From assembly GCA_965219415.1 (NCBI GenBank), contig CBDCNP010000001.1, forward strand, positions 1-64,000: DNA of 64,000 nucleotides. The letters run 5' to 3'. Made by a program: the position numbers and the translations under genes. Positions 1 to 11,905 of the stretch are shown piece after piece (position 1 is the stretch's first letter; every line of letters begins with the position of its first letter). The notes under the pieces are model-generated. The model was not told the origin of the DNA. It was given only the letters and a program-made list of their open reading frames with translations, and made no database searches. Source of the DNA: Candidatus Marinacidobacterales bacterium (lineage in GTDB: Bacteria > Acidobacteriota > Vicinamibacteria > Marinacidobacterales > DATDRI01).

Positions 1-141
1 GAGCGGTGCAAGCTGATTGCCAGGAAGCTCCGGGCGTGGATACCCAAGCGCTCCATCGACGAAGTCGGGGTGCGGCCACATGATGAAGACTACGACCCGG
101 ATGATCTGTCGCCCGGCGACGACCTCGATGCCGAAGAATAA
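1..141 (+). CDS. 3' end of an unknown protein with an acidic tail (runs off the window start)
   Basis: Open frame ERCKLIARKLRAW...DDLDAEE ending TAA at 139-141. Confidence 0.4.
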   Translation, partial: ERCKLIARKLRAWIPKRSIDEVGVRPHDEDYDPDDLSPGDDLDAEE

Positions 142-240
142 CTGTCGACGAAGCGTTCGTAACGTAAGTGACTGAGCGGGAAAGACGAGCTATCAACAAG
201 CTAGCCTAATATCCCAAGGGTCGAGGATTCAACTCCCTCC

Positions 241-670
241 CGTCCTGTCCAAAAACACAAACGAACTCAAGACCGGCTCGCCGGGACGTTTCGGAATAGA
301 CGGTGTCTAGGCTTGGTTGGCAATGGAAGCTAGAATCCCCGGTCATGAGGACACCGATCCCGTCCTGTGCCAAAACTCGGCCCTTTTGAAATAGACCATA
401 AATCAGCAGCTTAGCGACTGGGCCAAGGGCCCCCTAGGCTTTACAGTTACCCAACCCGCGGTCGACCTTCGAGAGAGCCGCGGCCGTTTCACCGGACGGC
501 AGAGGACGGCGAACTGCTGCCGAAGAGCGACATTGTCGAGAGCCAGCTCGCGATGAGCCTTGAAGGCGGAGATGAGAGCGCGAACAAACGACGAAATCAA
601 GCAGGTATGGTGCCGACAGACCGGAGACTAATCAAGTTCGGGGCGCCCGGATGAATAAATAGAAGGCACA
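241..670. mobile_element. Nested IS-end cluster: B end plus B-transposase 5' stub (241-360), A end (361), D-transposase 5' stub (minus strand, to 600) and D end (645-670)
   Basis: Matches the recurring end motifs; stub MISSFVRALISAFKAHRELAL..VALRQQ.AVL is the N-terminus of an rve-type transposase. Confidence 0.8.
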
Positions 671-1151
671 ATGGGAAAGCTTCTTTTGCTGTTCGTCATC
701 GTCCCCGCCGCGGAGCTCGCTCTTCTCATCCAAGCGGGAATCTATCTCGGTACGTGGCCGACGCTCGCGTTGATCGTCTTCACCGGCATCGTGGGCGCGT
801 ATCTGGCACGGCGGCAAGGTCTCTCGGTTTTGACCCGCGCTCAGGAGCAGATGGACCGTGGCGAGCTCCCCGCAGGCTCGCTCGCGGACGGCGTCATGAT
901 CCTCGTCGCGGGCGCACTGCTGATGACACCGGGGATCCTCACCGACGCATTCGGCTTCTCGCTGCTCGTGCCCGGCTTCCGCAACCTCATCAAAGACACC
1001 TTGCTGGCGCGCTTCCGTAAAGCGGTCGAAGAAAATCGATTGCACGTGCACGTCTCCGGGATGGGATTCGACGCCCGACTCGGGCCCGGTGGTGGACAGC
1101 CGACCCGAGAGCTTCGAGCCCGATCCGCCGAAATACAAAGTGCATTGACCG
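671..1151 (+). CDS. fxsA: FxsA family membrane protein; 3' end cut by a B end
   Basis: MGKLLLLFVIVPAAELALLI...GAYLARRQG...GALLMTPGILTDAFG is the FxsA signature; ATG directly abuts the D end. Confidence 0.9.
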
Positions 1152-1440
1152 CGTCGTGTCCAAAAATACAAACGAACTCTAAGACCCACGCGACGGGCCG
1201 TCGCCGAGTTCATCTATCATTATCATGGAGAGCACAACCATCAAGGGCTGGGCAACGCGTTTGTGTTTTTGGACACGACGCGCAAGGTAGATGAAGCCCG
1301 AATTGTTCCTGACGTGGCCGTCGTGTCCAAGAATACAAACGAACTCAAGACCCTTGGGCCGCCTTGGCCCGGTCGCGAACACAGACACTAAGCTGCTGAT
1401 TTATGGTTTATTTCAAAAGAGCCAAGTTTTGGCACAGGAC
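1152..1440. mobile_element. Two mini-elements: B-B (1152-1280, enclosing a transposase scrap YHYHGEHNHQGLGN) and B-A hybrid (1319-1440)
   Basis: Inverted end motifs read directly; no TSD. Confidence 0.8.
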
Positions 1441-1472
1441 AGAGTAGATTATCTTTTTCCAGGAGGTGCGAC

Positions 1473-1904
1473 ATGCGCAAGAACCTCAAACCCGAAGAGC
1501 TAGGCGACCTGCTCACCGGCTCGACCGTGGCGATTCTCGCGACCCACATGCAAAACGGCCACTCGTTGTTGTCGCCGGTCTGGCACGAGTTCAGGGAGGC
1601 GGGTTCACGGTGATGACCTTCGCAAAGGATGTGAAGACCAGGCACCTCGACCATAACCCCATGGCATCCGTCGTAGTAGCCGACAGCCAGCCGCCGTATC
1701 GGGGCATTGAAATACGAGGAGAAGCCAAGGTTTCGCACCCGACTGACGACCTCGACATCCTACGACGCCTTGCCATCCGCTATCTCGGTGAGGCTCGAGG
1801 AAACGATTATGCCGATGGTATGAAGGAAATCGACTTTGCGATGATCCGTCTCGAGCCGGGAACACTTCGCACCTGGGATTACAGCGACGAGGAGATGCTG
1901 ACCT
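1473..1904 (+). pseudogene. Pyridoxamine 5'-phosphate oxidase-like (PPOX class, F420/FMN-binding) protein; frameshift near 1595, stop removed by an A end
   Basis: AGGAGG RBS; MRKNLKPEELGDLLTGSTVAILATH..LSPVWHEF then second frame VKTRHLDHNPMASVVV..PPYRGIEIRG..RLAIRYLG. Confidence 0.75.
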
Positions 1905-2222
1905 CGTCCTGTGCCAAAACTCGGCCCTTTTGAAAGACCATGGCTGTAATTTAATGCACCGTAAAGTCTTAGCGTCATTTTACCAACACTTAATGGCGGA
2001 AGCACCCATGAGGTCTGTGTGAGCAGCAGGGCTGCCCGATCGAACAACGGCTGCCTGACCAACAGTAGGATTTGCACATGGTACGTCATGATGGATCCGA
2101 AGATAACACCCTCGGGCCAGACGATTGTAAAGTCCACAGCCCCTGGCAACCGTCCCAAAACACAGACGCTAAGCTGCTGATTTATCGGCTATTTCAAGAG
2201 GGCCGAGTTTTGGCACAGGACG
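1905..2222 (-). mobile_element. Composite non-autonomous element (A end + IS1-MITE piece + ~50 bp foreign DNA + transposase 5' stub + A end); inverted copy at 63452-63768
   Basis: Near-identical reverse-complement copy at the other end of the window. Confidence 0.9.
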
Positions 2223-2304
2223 GGATTAAGCGAAGAAGTGAGGAACGCCGCCTGACTTTGAAAATTGATCCACAACTCTTGACAATATCTCCGCACGAAC
2301 GGAT

Positions 2305-3360
2305 TCATGCACCAACGCTGTCCAAAAGGCCAATATCTCTTACAGCAAATTGAAAGATCTGCCTTACGCCCTCGGTATGACGGCCCGGATTGAGAAATTG
2401 CAGCGGCGTCGGGTAAATGATTTGTAGATCTTCCAAAACCCCGCGCAAAATGCCGATTGCAACTGCCTGCATCTTGCTGCCAGTTGGCGCGATTACGATT
2501 CGATCAAACGCCGAGTGGCGTTTATACAGATCCAGAATCAAATTCAGGGTTTCCCGATAGTCGAAAGTGCTAGCCTCGTGAACCTCTACGCGCTGCAGTG
2601 TCTTCACTGTCGAATGGTTCATCTGATCAATTGCAGCGGTACGCCAGGCCATTTCTTCACGTGGTGATTTACCACGCACTACATCGTTGTGGGTCGGTTG
2701 AACCTCTTGAACAAGATTCGACAGCTGACTTGGATCAAATGATGGAAACGAAATGAGACGAATAGCACTTCCTAACATAGAGACCGAGCTCAACTCTGGG
2801 CTTGAGACGATCTCGAAAATTCCACTGGAAATGAATGAAGGACTTGGGCTGTCACCTGTACGCGCCTCTACGTAATCTCTTTCAAGCGGCGGATAGACTT
2901 CGGCTTCCGCGTACAAGACGTGAAATTCCTTTACCTTTATGTTCTGCACCAAAGCCACGATGGTCTGCACAATCAGCAACCGCGACATTCCGGAGATATC
3001 TACATACACTCTATCAAAACGCGATCCGTAGTCCGCAAGCAACGAGCCTATGCCTGAGGGGCGCTCTCGGTCATACTCAAACTCCTGGACGTCTAGGCCG
3101 CACGCTATATTGAGAAATGCCGCTTCTTGGTTCTCATCCATTTTTAACAGATATCGAACCAAAGCGACATGAAAATCCGACGACGCTTCGCGCGCTCGCT
3201 TAAGCCCGGCCAGCGCTCTTTCCTCAAAACCCATTGCGGCGACAAAGCAATCCCCCGAACCAAGTACGACCTGGTCAATAGGTTCCAAGTCTGGCCAATC
3301 CATCGCGGATAGTTGTTCATCTGACCTGCGCAATACTTCTGGAATTGTCTCAGTCCCCAT
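2305..3360 (-). CDS. Uncharacterised protein with two CARF-like/Rossmannoid lobes
   Basis: 351-aa ORF, last in an operon; DISGMSR fits the CARF [D/N]x[S/T]xxx[R/K] motif, and IAPTGSK is a second degenerate copy. Confidence 0.6.
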   Translation of the reverse strand: MGTETIPEVLRRSDEQLSAMDWPDLEPIDQVVLGSGDCFVAAMGFEERALAGLKRAREASSDFHVALVRYLLKMDENQEAAFLNIACGLDVQEFEYDRERPSGIGSLLADYGSRFDRVYVDISGMSRLLIVQTIVALVQNIKVKEFHVLYAEAEVYPPLERDYVEARTGDSPSPSFISSGIFEIVSSPELSSVSMLGSAIRLISFPSFDPSQLSNLVQEVQPTHNDVVRGKSPREEMAWRTAAIDQMNHSTVKTLQRVEVHEASTFDYRETLNLILDLYKRHSAFDRIVIAPTGSKMQAVAIGILRGVLEDLQIIYPTPLQFLNPGRHTEGVRQIFQFAVRDIGLLDSVGA

Positions 3361-3363
3361 CGC

Positions 3364-6300
3364 TTACTCCTCATCGAATAATTCGCCTTGGTTTTCAACT
3401 CTCCGACTTCTCACTCTCGGGTCACCTACACCTTTGAGCCGCTTTCTCTCTTGAAAGGTATTAGGATCAGTCAGGAGCAACTCTATCTCCCTATTTTCGA
3501 GCTCAAGAGAGTCCCTTTTGCTAAACGTAAGATTGAAATGTGGTATTAAATATCTCCTCAGGTAAAACCGGGGAACGACTTCCCCGCGACGACTCTTGCC
3601 GCGAGGGTCTATCAATAGGATCGAGAACCGAATCAAATCATTCAATAAATCCTGTGCATCCTCCGATAAATGCAGCGCTTCATACGGTTCGATCCTCGAC
3701 GCTTGATGTGGCGGATTTCCTGTCACGTTGGCTGCGTTGCGAAACCGCATGTAAGAACTGGCTACGTTTCCTATTGCGCTAACGATCCTAGCCAGCTCTG
3801 TTCCACGGCGCGGCAGGTTACGCACCGATTCCATGAACTCGCCAGCTGCCACCCGAATGGTTTTCGATTGTTTTGCTAGTGGTATCCGCGGTGTTTCGGA
3901 GTGGGAATTCATGAACCCAACACCACCCACGTCTTCTACCATCTTTCCTACGAGTCGGATCATGTAATGAATGTCGCCACTACACATCGCCGTCACAGTC
4001 TGAACTCCATAAAAGGTGCTAGACGTCGTTCTTTCTCTGAGTCTCCTCGCCGCTTCGTTTTCGTTCCTCGTATTATCGCCGAGCAATTCTTCAAGAGATT
4101 TGCACGGAAAATCGTTAACCTTTTGAAAACGACGATGAAAAAGATCTCCCAGGAAAGCCTGCACCTGTTCGCCATCATTCTTGAGGTAGCGCAACCCCAA
4201 ATTTAATAGGTCGTATTCACGCTGTTCGACGTATTGCTTGCCGTCAATGTCGCTCCGTTCAAATGATATTGGGCTCTCCGTTGATAATTTATAAAATACG
4301 TCTGCGCTTCGATGCATGAATAATCTGTTGAGGTTACGCTGCAACGGTTCCGTGATTTTCGGTGTCGAATAGTCATCAATGAAATAAAAGAAAGGCCGCT
4401 CCCTCAGGAATGAAAATGTTGATCTGAGTTCTGTACAAAACTGGAACAACGCATTCGGACCGACGTAACCTTCGATTGGTTGATCCAGAACATCGCAGAC
4501 ACGCTGTTTGTTAGCCGCGCGTGCGCGTTGTTTCAAAAGCCTAGAAATCAAGGGCGCAAACCGGTTGGAAGTGGGTTCAGTAGGCTGCCGAAGCCCCATA
4601 ATGTGAAGTGACCCCGCTTTCGTGGACAGGTTAAGAGTTAGGGATCAAGCGTCGCGATAGTACCTCCTTTCGAATTGGATAGGCGAGCAATAGTCGATGG
4701 CGGAGTGTCGTCGTCGCAGGTTGTACCAGCCTTCGATGAAATCGAAGGTCGCCATGCGCGCCTCAGCGTGGTAGCGAAACGACCGGCGCTCGATCAGCTC
4801 GCACTCGAGCGTCGCGAAGAAGCTCTCGCACATCGCATTGTCGTAACAGTCCCCGACCGAACCCATCGACGGTCGCACCCCGGCCTCCCGGCATCGCTGG
4901 CCGAACGCTAGTGACGTGTACTGCGTGCCCTGGTCCGAGTGATGGATGACGTCGCCGGGCTTGCGTTGGAACAGCGCCATGTCGAGGGCGCTCAAGACGA
5001 GCGACGTCCGCAGGTGGGTAGCCATTGCCCATCCGACGATGCGTCGGCTGAAGGCGTCCAGCACGACGGCGAGGAACAAGAAGCCCGACCACGTGGGCAC
5101 GTAGGTGATATCGGCGACCCACAGGCGGTCGGGCCGGTCCACCTCGAAATTCCTGTCGACGAGATCGGGGGCGGGATGGGCGTCGTCACAGCGAATCGTA
5201 GTGTGCGCCCTCTTGCGCCGGTGAACACCTTGAATGCCAGCCTCGCGCATCAGCCGCGCTACACGCTTGCGTGAGACGTGGAGCTCGTGTGTCTCTCGTA
5301 GCTCGTGGAGGATCCTCGGCGCGCCGTACGTGCTCCGCGACGCGGTGTGAATCGCCCGGATCTTCTCAAGCAACTCCGCATCCGACACCGCGCGGGCCGA
5401 CGGGGCACGCTCAAGCCACGCATAGTAGCCGCTGGCGGAGACGTCCAGCAGTCGGCACATCGTGGCAACCGGTAGTGAATCCTGGTTCGCCCTCACGAAT
5501 CGGAAGGCTTCGGTGGTACCGACTCGGTCTCCCGAGCGAACCAGGCCGCGGCTTTTGAGAGGATCTCCCGCTCCAACCGTAGTTGACGGTTCTCCCGTCG
5601 CAGGCGGCGGAGCTCCGCACGCTCCTCACTCGTCAGACCGTCCTGCCTGCGACCCTCGTCGAGATCCGCCTGGTTCACCCAGTTCCGGATCGTCTGGCCC
5701 GAGGGCTCAAACTCTCGCGCCAGCTCTTCGGAGCCGCGGCCAGCTCGCACCAGCTCTACCATTTGGCGCCGGAACTCGGCCGCGTATCTGTTTCCCTGCT
5801 TTGACATCGTGGACTCCTGTCTCCCAAAGGATTAGGTGTCCACGAAAGCGGGTCAAGTCCAAATGTTCCAAAGTCGTCGCGTTATCATCGGTTCTTTTTG
5901 TTCGAACTCCGGTTGAAAATGTTTCTTCGCCCAACTGCTCACCCATTGCAAAGTCTCTGCCATAAGGCTAGATATAATAAAGTGCATCGGTATGTCGACG
6001 GCGGCTGGCCTTTTCGGCAATGCATAACGTGGAAATGAAAAATACAAATCATCGCAGCGATAGTAGATGCCAATAAATTGGAGATTGCATGGTTCATCCG
6101 CCTCTACGGAGATTAGGTAGTCCAAGCTCAACGCTCTAAATACTGTTGTTTTTCCGCAGCCTCGTGGCCCAGTAAGTACTAGATTTGACCGCGCCCTAAT
6201 CTCGGTCAAACCCAGCAATCGATCAGAATATAAACTTCTGAGTAGCAGATGGGAGTCTCCCATTTGCTCGCAATTGGGATAATCGAACGGGGTCACCATT

Positions 6301-7112
6301 TGAGTTGATGTGTGCTCGCTCTGAACGGTGAGAAACTCGTCATCAATCCCAAGTAATTTCTCATACAACTTTCTCGGGTTGCGGGCGAGAGGATCAGCAA
6401 TAGGATCGGTTTCGATCAAATGACGGCCCAGGAAATCGAGTCGCAGAATGTCGAATACGTAGCGGTCCCGAGATTGCTGCTCCTGGTAGTTAATGCACGC
6501 CAGTAAATCTTTGAGAATATGGGCAACGAACAGATAATCGCTATTGTGCTCCATTCCCGTTACTTCGGTAATGCCGAAGTCAGTAACCCTGAATGCTATT
6601 TCTCCACTCAAATCATATCTTGGCTTGGAAACCAACACGTTGCCTGCGTGGAGGTCGCCGTGAGCCATGCGGCGCTCGTCAAGTTCAAAGAGTAAACGGA
6701 ACATCGTGTTCAGGAATCGCTCTACAAACGCTATGCCGATATCATTGCGATTGTTTTTAATGAACCGTGCTAGAGACGAGCCCGCTACATAGTGGCAAAT
6801 GAACACCACAAAGGTCCTACCCAGAATGTCATCCTGCCAAGGCCGAACATCGATACACTGGACGACAGAATTGTTCTCCAGGGAGTTCGCTTTTCTCGCC
6901 TCTGCTAAGTAGAGTTGGCGTTGCTCTGGGTCCACCGGAAGATTTTCTGTCGGCACGAATTTGAAGGCGAGATCGCTTTTGATATTCTCGGCGTGCGCGC
7001 GATATACGTGACCATTAAGGCCAGAGCCGATGTGCTCTACGATTTTATAATTCGAAAACCCAGGTAAAGTCTTTCCCAAAAAGTGCCCTGGATCGGAGAG
7101 GTGTTTCCGCAT
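3364..7112 (-). pseudogene. Ser/Thr protein kinase fused to a P-loop (ORC/CDC6-like or STAND) ATPase, about 828 aa when restored; split by IS3
   Basis: Kinase motifs GSGLNGHVY, LAFK, HGDLHAGNVL, DFG; Walker A GPRGCGKT; Walker B-like FIDDYS; removing the IS and one AATG restores frame W-N-I-M-G-L. Confidence 0.85.
4604..5861 (-). mobile_element. IS3-family insertion sequence, 1258 bp (orfA 5493-5807, orfB 4645-5496)
   Basis: TG..CA imperfect IRs; HTH orfA; DDE orfB (WVADITY, HSDQGTQY, DNAMCESFF); 4-bp TSD AATG at 4600-4603 and 5862-5865. Confidence 0.97.
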
Positions 7113-7113
7113 G

Positions 7114-8238
7114 CTAGTGGCGTTGCTCATAAACGAGTATGTGTTCCATCTTCACGCCGCCGAGATGGCGCCTTGAGCGGCGAATGTCAGGAATACGGTC
7201 ACTGATAGTCTCTTTAATTTTTAAACCCGGTGCAAACTCGTCGATGACCTCTGAAATTATCTCCGAGGGGAAGCGCTCATTTTGCCGTTTGGTTTTCTCG
7301 CCCACAACGAACACACATTGACCCGCCTTGACCAACGTCGCGGAGAGCATTCGAGCATAGCATGTCATCATCCGACGAAATCCCGCGTCGCCATTAAGTC
7401 GTGTGTCAATGCGATCTTGTATATCCCCTGATAAGAACCAATTGCGCAGACGGTTATCCCGTCCATAGTCAAGCGCGTTCATGTAGGGCGGACTGGTGAT
7501 AAAACAGTTGACGGAGCGCGGCGGGGTAAGGAGTTCGACTGTTGATCGTCGAATCCCGACGACCAAACTTCTGTCCATTTTTTTATGCCGTTTCAACGCG
7601 CGCGCAACCTTCGCCCTGATGCGGGGCTCCACACTTCGATATTCATACATCTCGGGATAATCGTCTCGAGGGAATTTTCTCGATCGAAGATAGGGTACGA
7701 GGTGACTGCTCGGAAAAGATAAGAATCCGGGACGCTGATGGTGAGAAATACCCAGTAGGCAGGCCAACAGAAAATGGTGCCGACGCTTACGCAATACCGC
7801 TAACAACTGCAGCGCCTCTTTGAGTGTGTCTGGGTGATAAAAATCACGCACCCACGTTGGAACGCTGCGAAGGTCGACTTGGCGCGATTGCGCGGCGACA
7901 AGGCTGCTGTCAAGTGCCGCGTACGCCTTGGCGAGACTACTCGGCGCTCCCAATTTACCTTTGGTTAGGGTTACCGCGTAAAGGCTCGCATCGGCGGCAA
8001 ATGCCCGCCGCCCCATCTGCACGGATTCCAGCGCCACCGTACCACTGCCGCAAAAAACGTCCGCAACCAGTTCGCCTCTTCTGGAGTACTCCGCGATCAG
8101 GTCGTGCGCGATGGAACTCTTCAGCTTGCCAATGTATGGCGAAAGCTGATGCAACGTGGATTCGCTGTGAGTGCACGCCACCTGCCACCCTGGTGGCGCG
8201 TATTGAGGTTGGCTGATCAGGCTTTGATACGACCGCAC
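7114..8238 (-). CDS. DNA amino-methyltransferase (N4-C/N6-A type)
   Basis: Motif I DVFCGSGT, motif IV TSPPY, N-terminal LHQLSPYIGK; GGAGG RBS before the GTG start. Confidence 0.9.
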   Translation of the reverse strand: MRSYQSLISQPQYAPPGWQVACTHSESTLHQLSPYIGKLKSSIAHDLIAEYSRRGELVADVFCGSGTVALESVQMGRRAFAADASLYAVTLTKGKLGAPSSLAKAYAALDSSLVAAQSRQVDLRSVPTWVRDFYHPDTLKEALQLLAVLRKRRHHFLLACLLGISHHQRPGFLSFPSSHLVPYLRSRKFPRDDYPEMYEYRSVEPRIRAKVARALKRHKKMDRSLVVGIRRSTVELLTPPRSVNCFITSPPYMNALDYGRDNRLRNWFLSGDIQDRIDTRLNGDAGFRRMMTCYARMLSATLVKAGQCVFVVGEKTKRQNERFPSEIISEVIDEFAPGLKIKETISDRIPDIRRSRRHLGGVKMEHILVYEQRH

Positions 8239-8470
8239 TACTCAACCTCCAAGACGGAAATGGATTTCACAGCCGCGGGCTGTCACATCGTTGACGACGG
8301 GTTCCTCCGGTTCATCGCGAGCCATCTAGTCGAAGATATGAAACGTTCGCGCGCGTTCCCTGAAAGGGCGGACGGTGATTCGGGCAACTCCACGCGGCGA
8401 TCCTTGAGACCTAGGCGGGTTTCTGCGCGTAAGTTCGAGATCGGCTGGTTCTCGGTCAGTGGGCCTTCCC

Positions 8471-8562
8471 CGTCCTGTGCCAAAACTCGAATCTTTCGAA
8501 ATAGACCATAAATCAGCAGCTTAGCAAGTTCGGTGTGCGCGGATGAATAAATAGAAGGCACA
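8471..8562. mobile_element. 92-bp A-D hybrid mini-element
   Basis: A end forward fused to D end reverse. Confidence 0.85.
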
Positions 8563-8656
8563 ACCGTCTCGAACCGAAAAGGCGCCCTTGTCAATCCCGA
8601 TACCGCCTCTTCCACGACAATCGCCGCCCAAGAATGCCCTCCAGTTTGTCGAGGTA

Positions 8657-11437
8657 TCACAGTAACGACACCGTGCTGAGGTCTGTCCAGTTCAACTTCT
8701 GTAGGTCACCAATTAGCCAAGCATGTGCGAGATCCGTCACTGGTCGTGTAGTGTCTATGGCCGGTAGTGAGTCTCCCACGATCGGGCATGGTGTTGCGTC
8801 GATCCCGGATCGAACCGATCTCAAATTCTCTTCTTCTTCTCGCCAATAGGACAGCAGATCGAAGTCCTCGGACGCGCCCCACTCCAAGGCCACCTGCGAT
8901 GCGCCGTCTCGAGGTAGCGCCCTCGCACACCAGGTCAGACTAGGTGCCCCCTCCCAGTGGGACTGTTGTGACTTCGTCAGCCGACCCTCCAGTCTGATGG
9001 GAAACAGCCGGGCGAACCGAAAACGGTTCCGAAAACCGCCGAACCACCGATCGACCATCTCCATGTAGAGCTGCAAAGCGGACGAGTACACGGCGGTGGC
9101 GCGTTGTAGCAACCGCTCATCGCTGTAGAAGTCCCAGGTGTGGAGTCCACGCGTACCCTTTGAAGGTCTCCGGTCAAACCCCGGCCAGGGATCACGAACT
9201 ACGTCCTCGCCTTGCTCCAGTAGGCGTTCGAGTTTACCCCTCATGAGGTCAAGTTCGTACGGCGCTATCTCCAGCTGACGAATCTTGAACACTATAGTTT
9301 TTCGTCTCGCCTGCGTGGCCATCTGCCTGAACGGTCTCAAGCACCTCCCGCGCGCCCATCGGTCTCGGGCTGAACTCTCCTTGTCCGGCTATGGCCAAAG
9401 CAAACGCCCACACGAGTTCGCGTGTCGTGTGGTCGGACGGCAGTGCGAGCCGTCTCGTCAATATTGTCTTCGACAAAGAGTCTACTAGATAGCGTCTTGT
9501 TCTCTTCCATGGCCATTCCGCACCAAGTGGGGTCATTTCTGTATGAAGGATCGCCCAACCCGGGTCAAGATGCCGAAAACCAGTCTTCGCACCCTCTGGC
9601 AATTGCACGACGGGATGAGATAGCGTTCTCCCGCCGCTGTACCAAGAAGTCGTAATCGTTGTGGAGTCCATTCGGATGCCCACGGCAGCCGTGCTATCGT
9701 CAGCAGCAACTGGACCGATTTCTTGAAACAGCTTGCCCAGACCGCGGCGCCACGCGTCCATCGCGTTCCAGAGTTCGGACCCTAGCTGCTCGGCAGACGC
9801 GGGGGACCTATCGGTAACGTCCTCGTCGCCCCCTGCCGTGGCAGTGTCTTGGATCAGAAGAGCTGCAAGGCCGGGATCCGAAGAGGCGAGTTTGTGACGC
9901 AACGCATCTCGGGTATTTTCGTTTTCGGATTCAATAACGAGTTGGAAAGCCGTCATCCAACGGTCCGATGCGGGAACGATTTCGTCTATAGGGACGTTTT
10001 CTTCGATAAGCGCTCGCGCTGCGTACCACTCCCTCAACACCTCGTGGTTGAAATCGAACGTGTCTCCAGACTCGTCGATGAGACGAGAGTTTGCCAGCAA
10101 TCCCTGTCCAACGTGACTGAGCGTCACGTCCGACTTGCGTACACGTCTTCCGGTGCTGATCGCCTTTACGGCCAGTCTCTGCAGTAGGCAGTTGAGTCCC
10201 TCTCCTTTTTGTCGGCTCTGCTCGACGACTTGTTGGGCCAGCCGGTTGATTAGATCCACTGGACGGTCGAGGCCTATCGCCCGTCCGCGGCGCAATTCAG
10301 CCCCGATCATCACCGCGAACAGTGGGCGTCGAGCCGCGTTCCGAAGGGATTCCGACCAACTGTATAGTTCTCCCAGTTGGCATTTCCTGCAGGCGATCCT
10401 GCTGATCAAGTCGAGGGTCTCATCGTCATTCAACGCGGGAAGTATAGTGTGTTGCTCAGGTACCTTCAGGCCGGGTAGTGCGCTGCTTGTGGCTAGAACG
10501 CGTGATTTCGGGTGCGCGTCCATGTAATACTTAATCTGAGTAATCAATTCGTTTGCTTGAGACACTCCTGTTTCGTCGAGGCCGTCGAGGATCACCAATG
10601 TTGGTTGATAGTACGGCTGAACTAGCCCAGCGGTGCGCTTTTCGATGTACTCTTCTAGCGGGTCGGTCAGGTCTCTTGCATGCACAAAAAGTGGGAAGGG
10701 CTGGGTTCCGTCCTGTAGCGCGATTTCAATGGCGCGCTGAAAGAAGCGTGAAGCGGCCAGAGACTTGCCGGATCCAGTGGCCCCGACCACCATCTGGAAG
10801 TGGAAATCTCCTGCGGTCAGGACGTCGCCGACGGAGCGGTCATTGGCGAGTTCGGTAGCAAGGTCACTGGGGACGTCCAGTGTAATCCACAACTGCTTGC
10901 ACTTGGCGAAGGAGGAGTCGCGCCATTCTCGTAGCTTCTGGCGGCGAGCGGGCGGCGCGGGGTCTCGCAGGGCCGTGGTGATTTCATCAGATAGCGAAGC
11001 GGTAAGCGCTTCGTGGAGCGCCGGGCCGGAGTTGACGTTCCGCCATTTGCAATACCCAGACACCGTGGTGAGGAGCTCTCGGGTTAGCGGGTCTCGGTTT
11101 TCGGCCGGCAGCTTGAATACGAGGAGACGGCGGCCAGTGGCTATGCGTGCATTGATTTCGTCGACTACAGGTTGGGTAGTCTGTGAACCTACGAGCCACA
11201 CGAGAAGGTCGGCGTCTCTCGCCTTCTTCAAGTAGGCATCGACCGCAGATTCCGAACTCGCGGGAGTGAATTCAAATGCCCAGGGTTGCGCGCATGGAAA
11301 CCTATCGAACGTCCGAACTGCCTCGTCCCGCGCCCACTGCAATTCCTCCGTCACGCTGCTGATGAAGACAAGGAGATTGGACTCGGAGCGCAACAGGATG
11401 TCGTCGGGGGTTTGCTGAGACTTAGGCACAACAGTTA
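8657..11437 (-). CDS. DUF4062 (TIR/NDT-like) + NACHT-type NTPase; apparent frameshift near 9335; start uncertain
   Basis: LVFISSVTEEL..PWAFE..AYLKKARDADLLVWLVG..DEI; Walker A GATGSGKS; Walker B LVILDGLDE; C-terminus continues in ORF 8657-9340. Confidence 0.75.
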
Positions 11438-11515
11438 GTGAACCGCCCCGGGGGATGTGTCCCGAGGTCCGTGGAAAAAGAACGGCACCCTCCACTCCGT
11501 CGTCAGAGTATCATA

Positions 11516-11905
11516 TCAGGCGGCGACCTTCGCGTGTTCGAGAACCTCGCTCAGACGTTGGTAGCCGTCGATGCGTCGTGGTTGAATCTGGCCAGAGGCG
11601 ATAAGCCCAAACAGCAAAGCGACCGCGGACTCCTCGCTGGAGAACGACGCTTGGGTTTTCGTCCGGCGTCGAAACTCGCGGTTGAGATTCTCCAGAGCAT
11701 TGGTCGTTCGAATCGATTTCCACATGGCACGAGGGAATTCGTAGAAGGTCAGCAGCTGATTACCGGCCTCCTCTAGACTTCGGACGACGGCCGGCGCGAG
11801 AGGCGTCCGCTTGGCGACGAGTTCGTCATAGGCTTTGCGAGCATCGATCCCGTTCTTGGCGTAGACGATCCGGTTGTAGTCACGCCGGAGCTCACGGCGT
11901 GCGTG
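11516..11905 (-). pseudogene. IS256-family transposase C-terminal fragment
   Basis: LLTFYEFP..WKSIRTTNALENLNREFRRRTK; cut by a MITE at 11906. Confidence 0.85.

Noticed and set aside
195-240. tRNA T-arm-like GGTCGAGGATTCAACTCCCTCC
   Set aside because: No convincing cloverleaf or acceptor stem; at most a decayed remnant.
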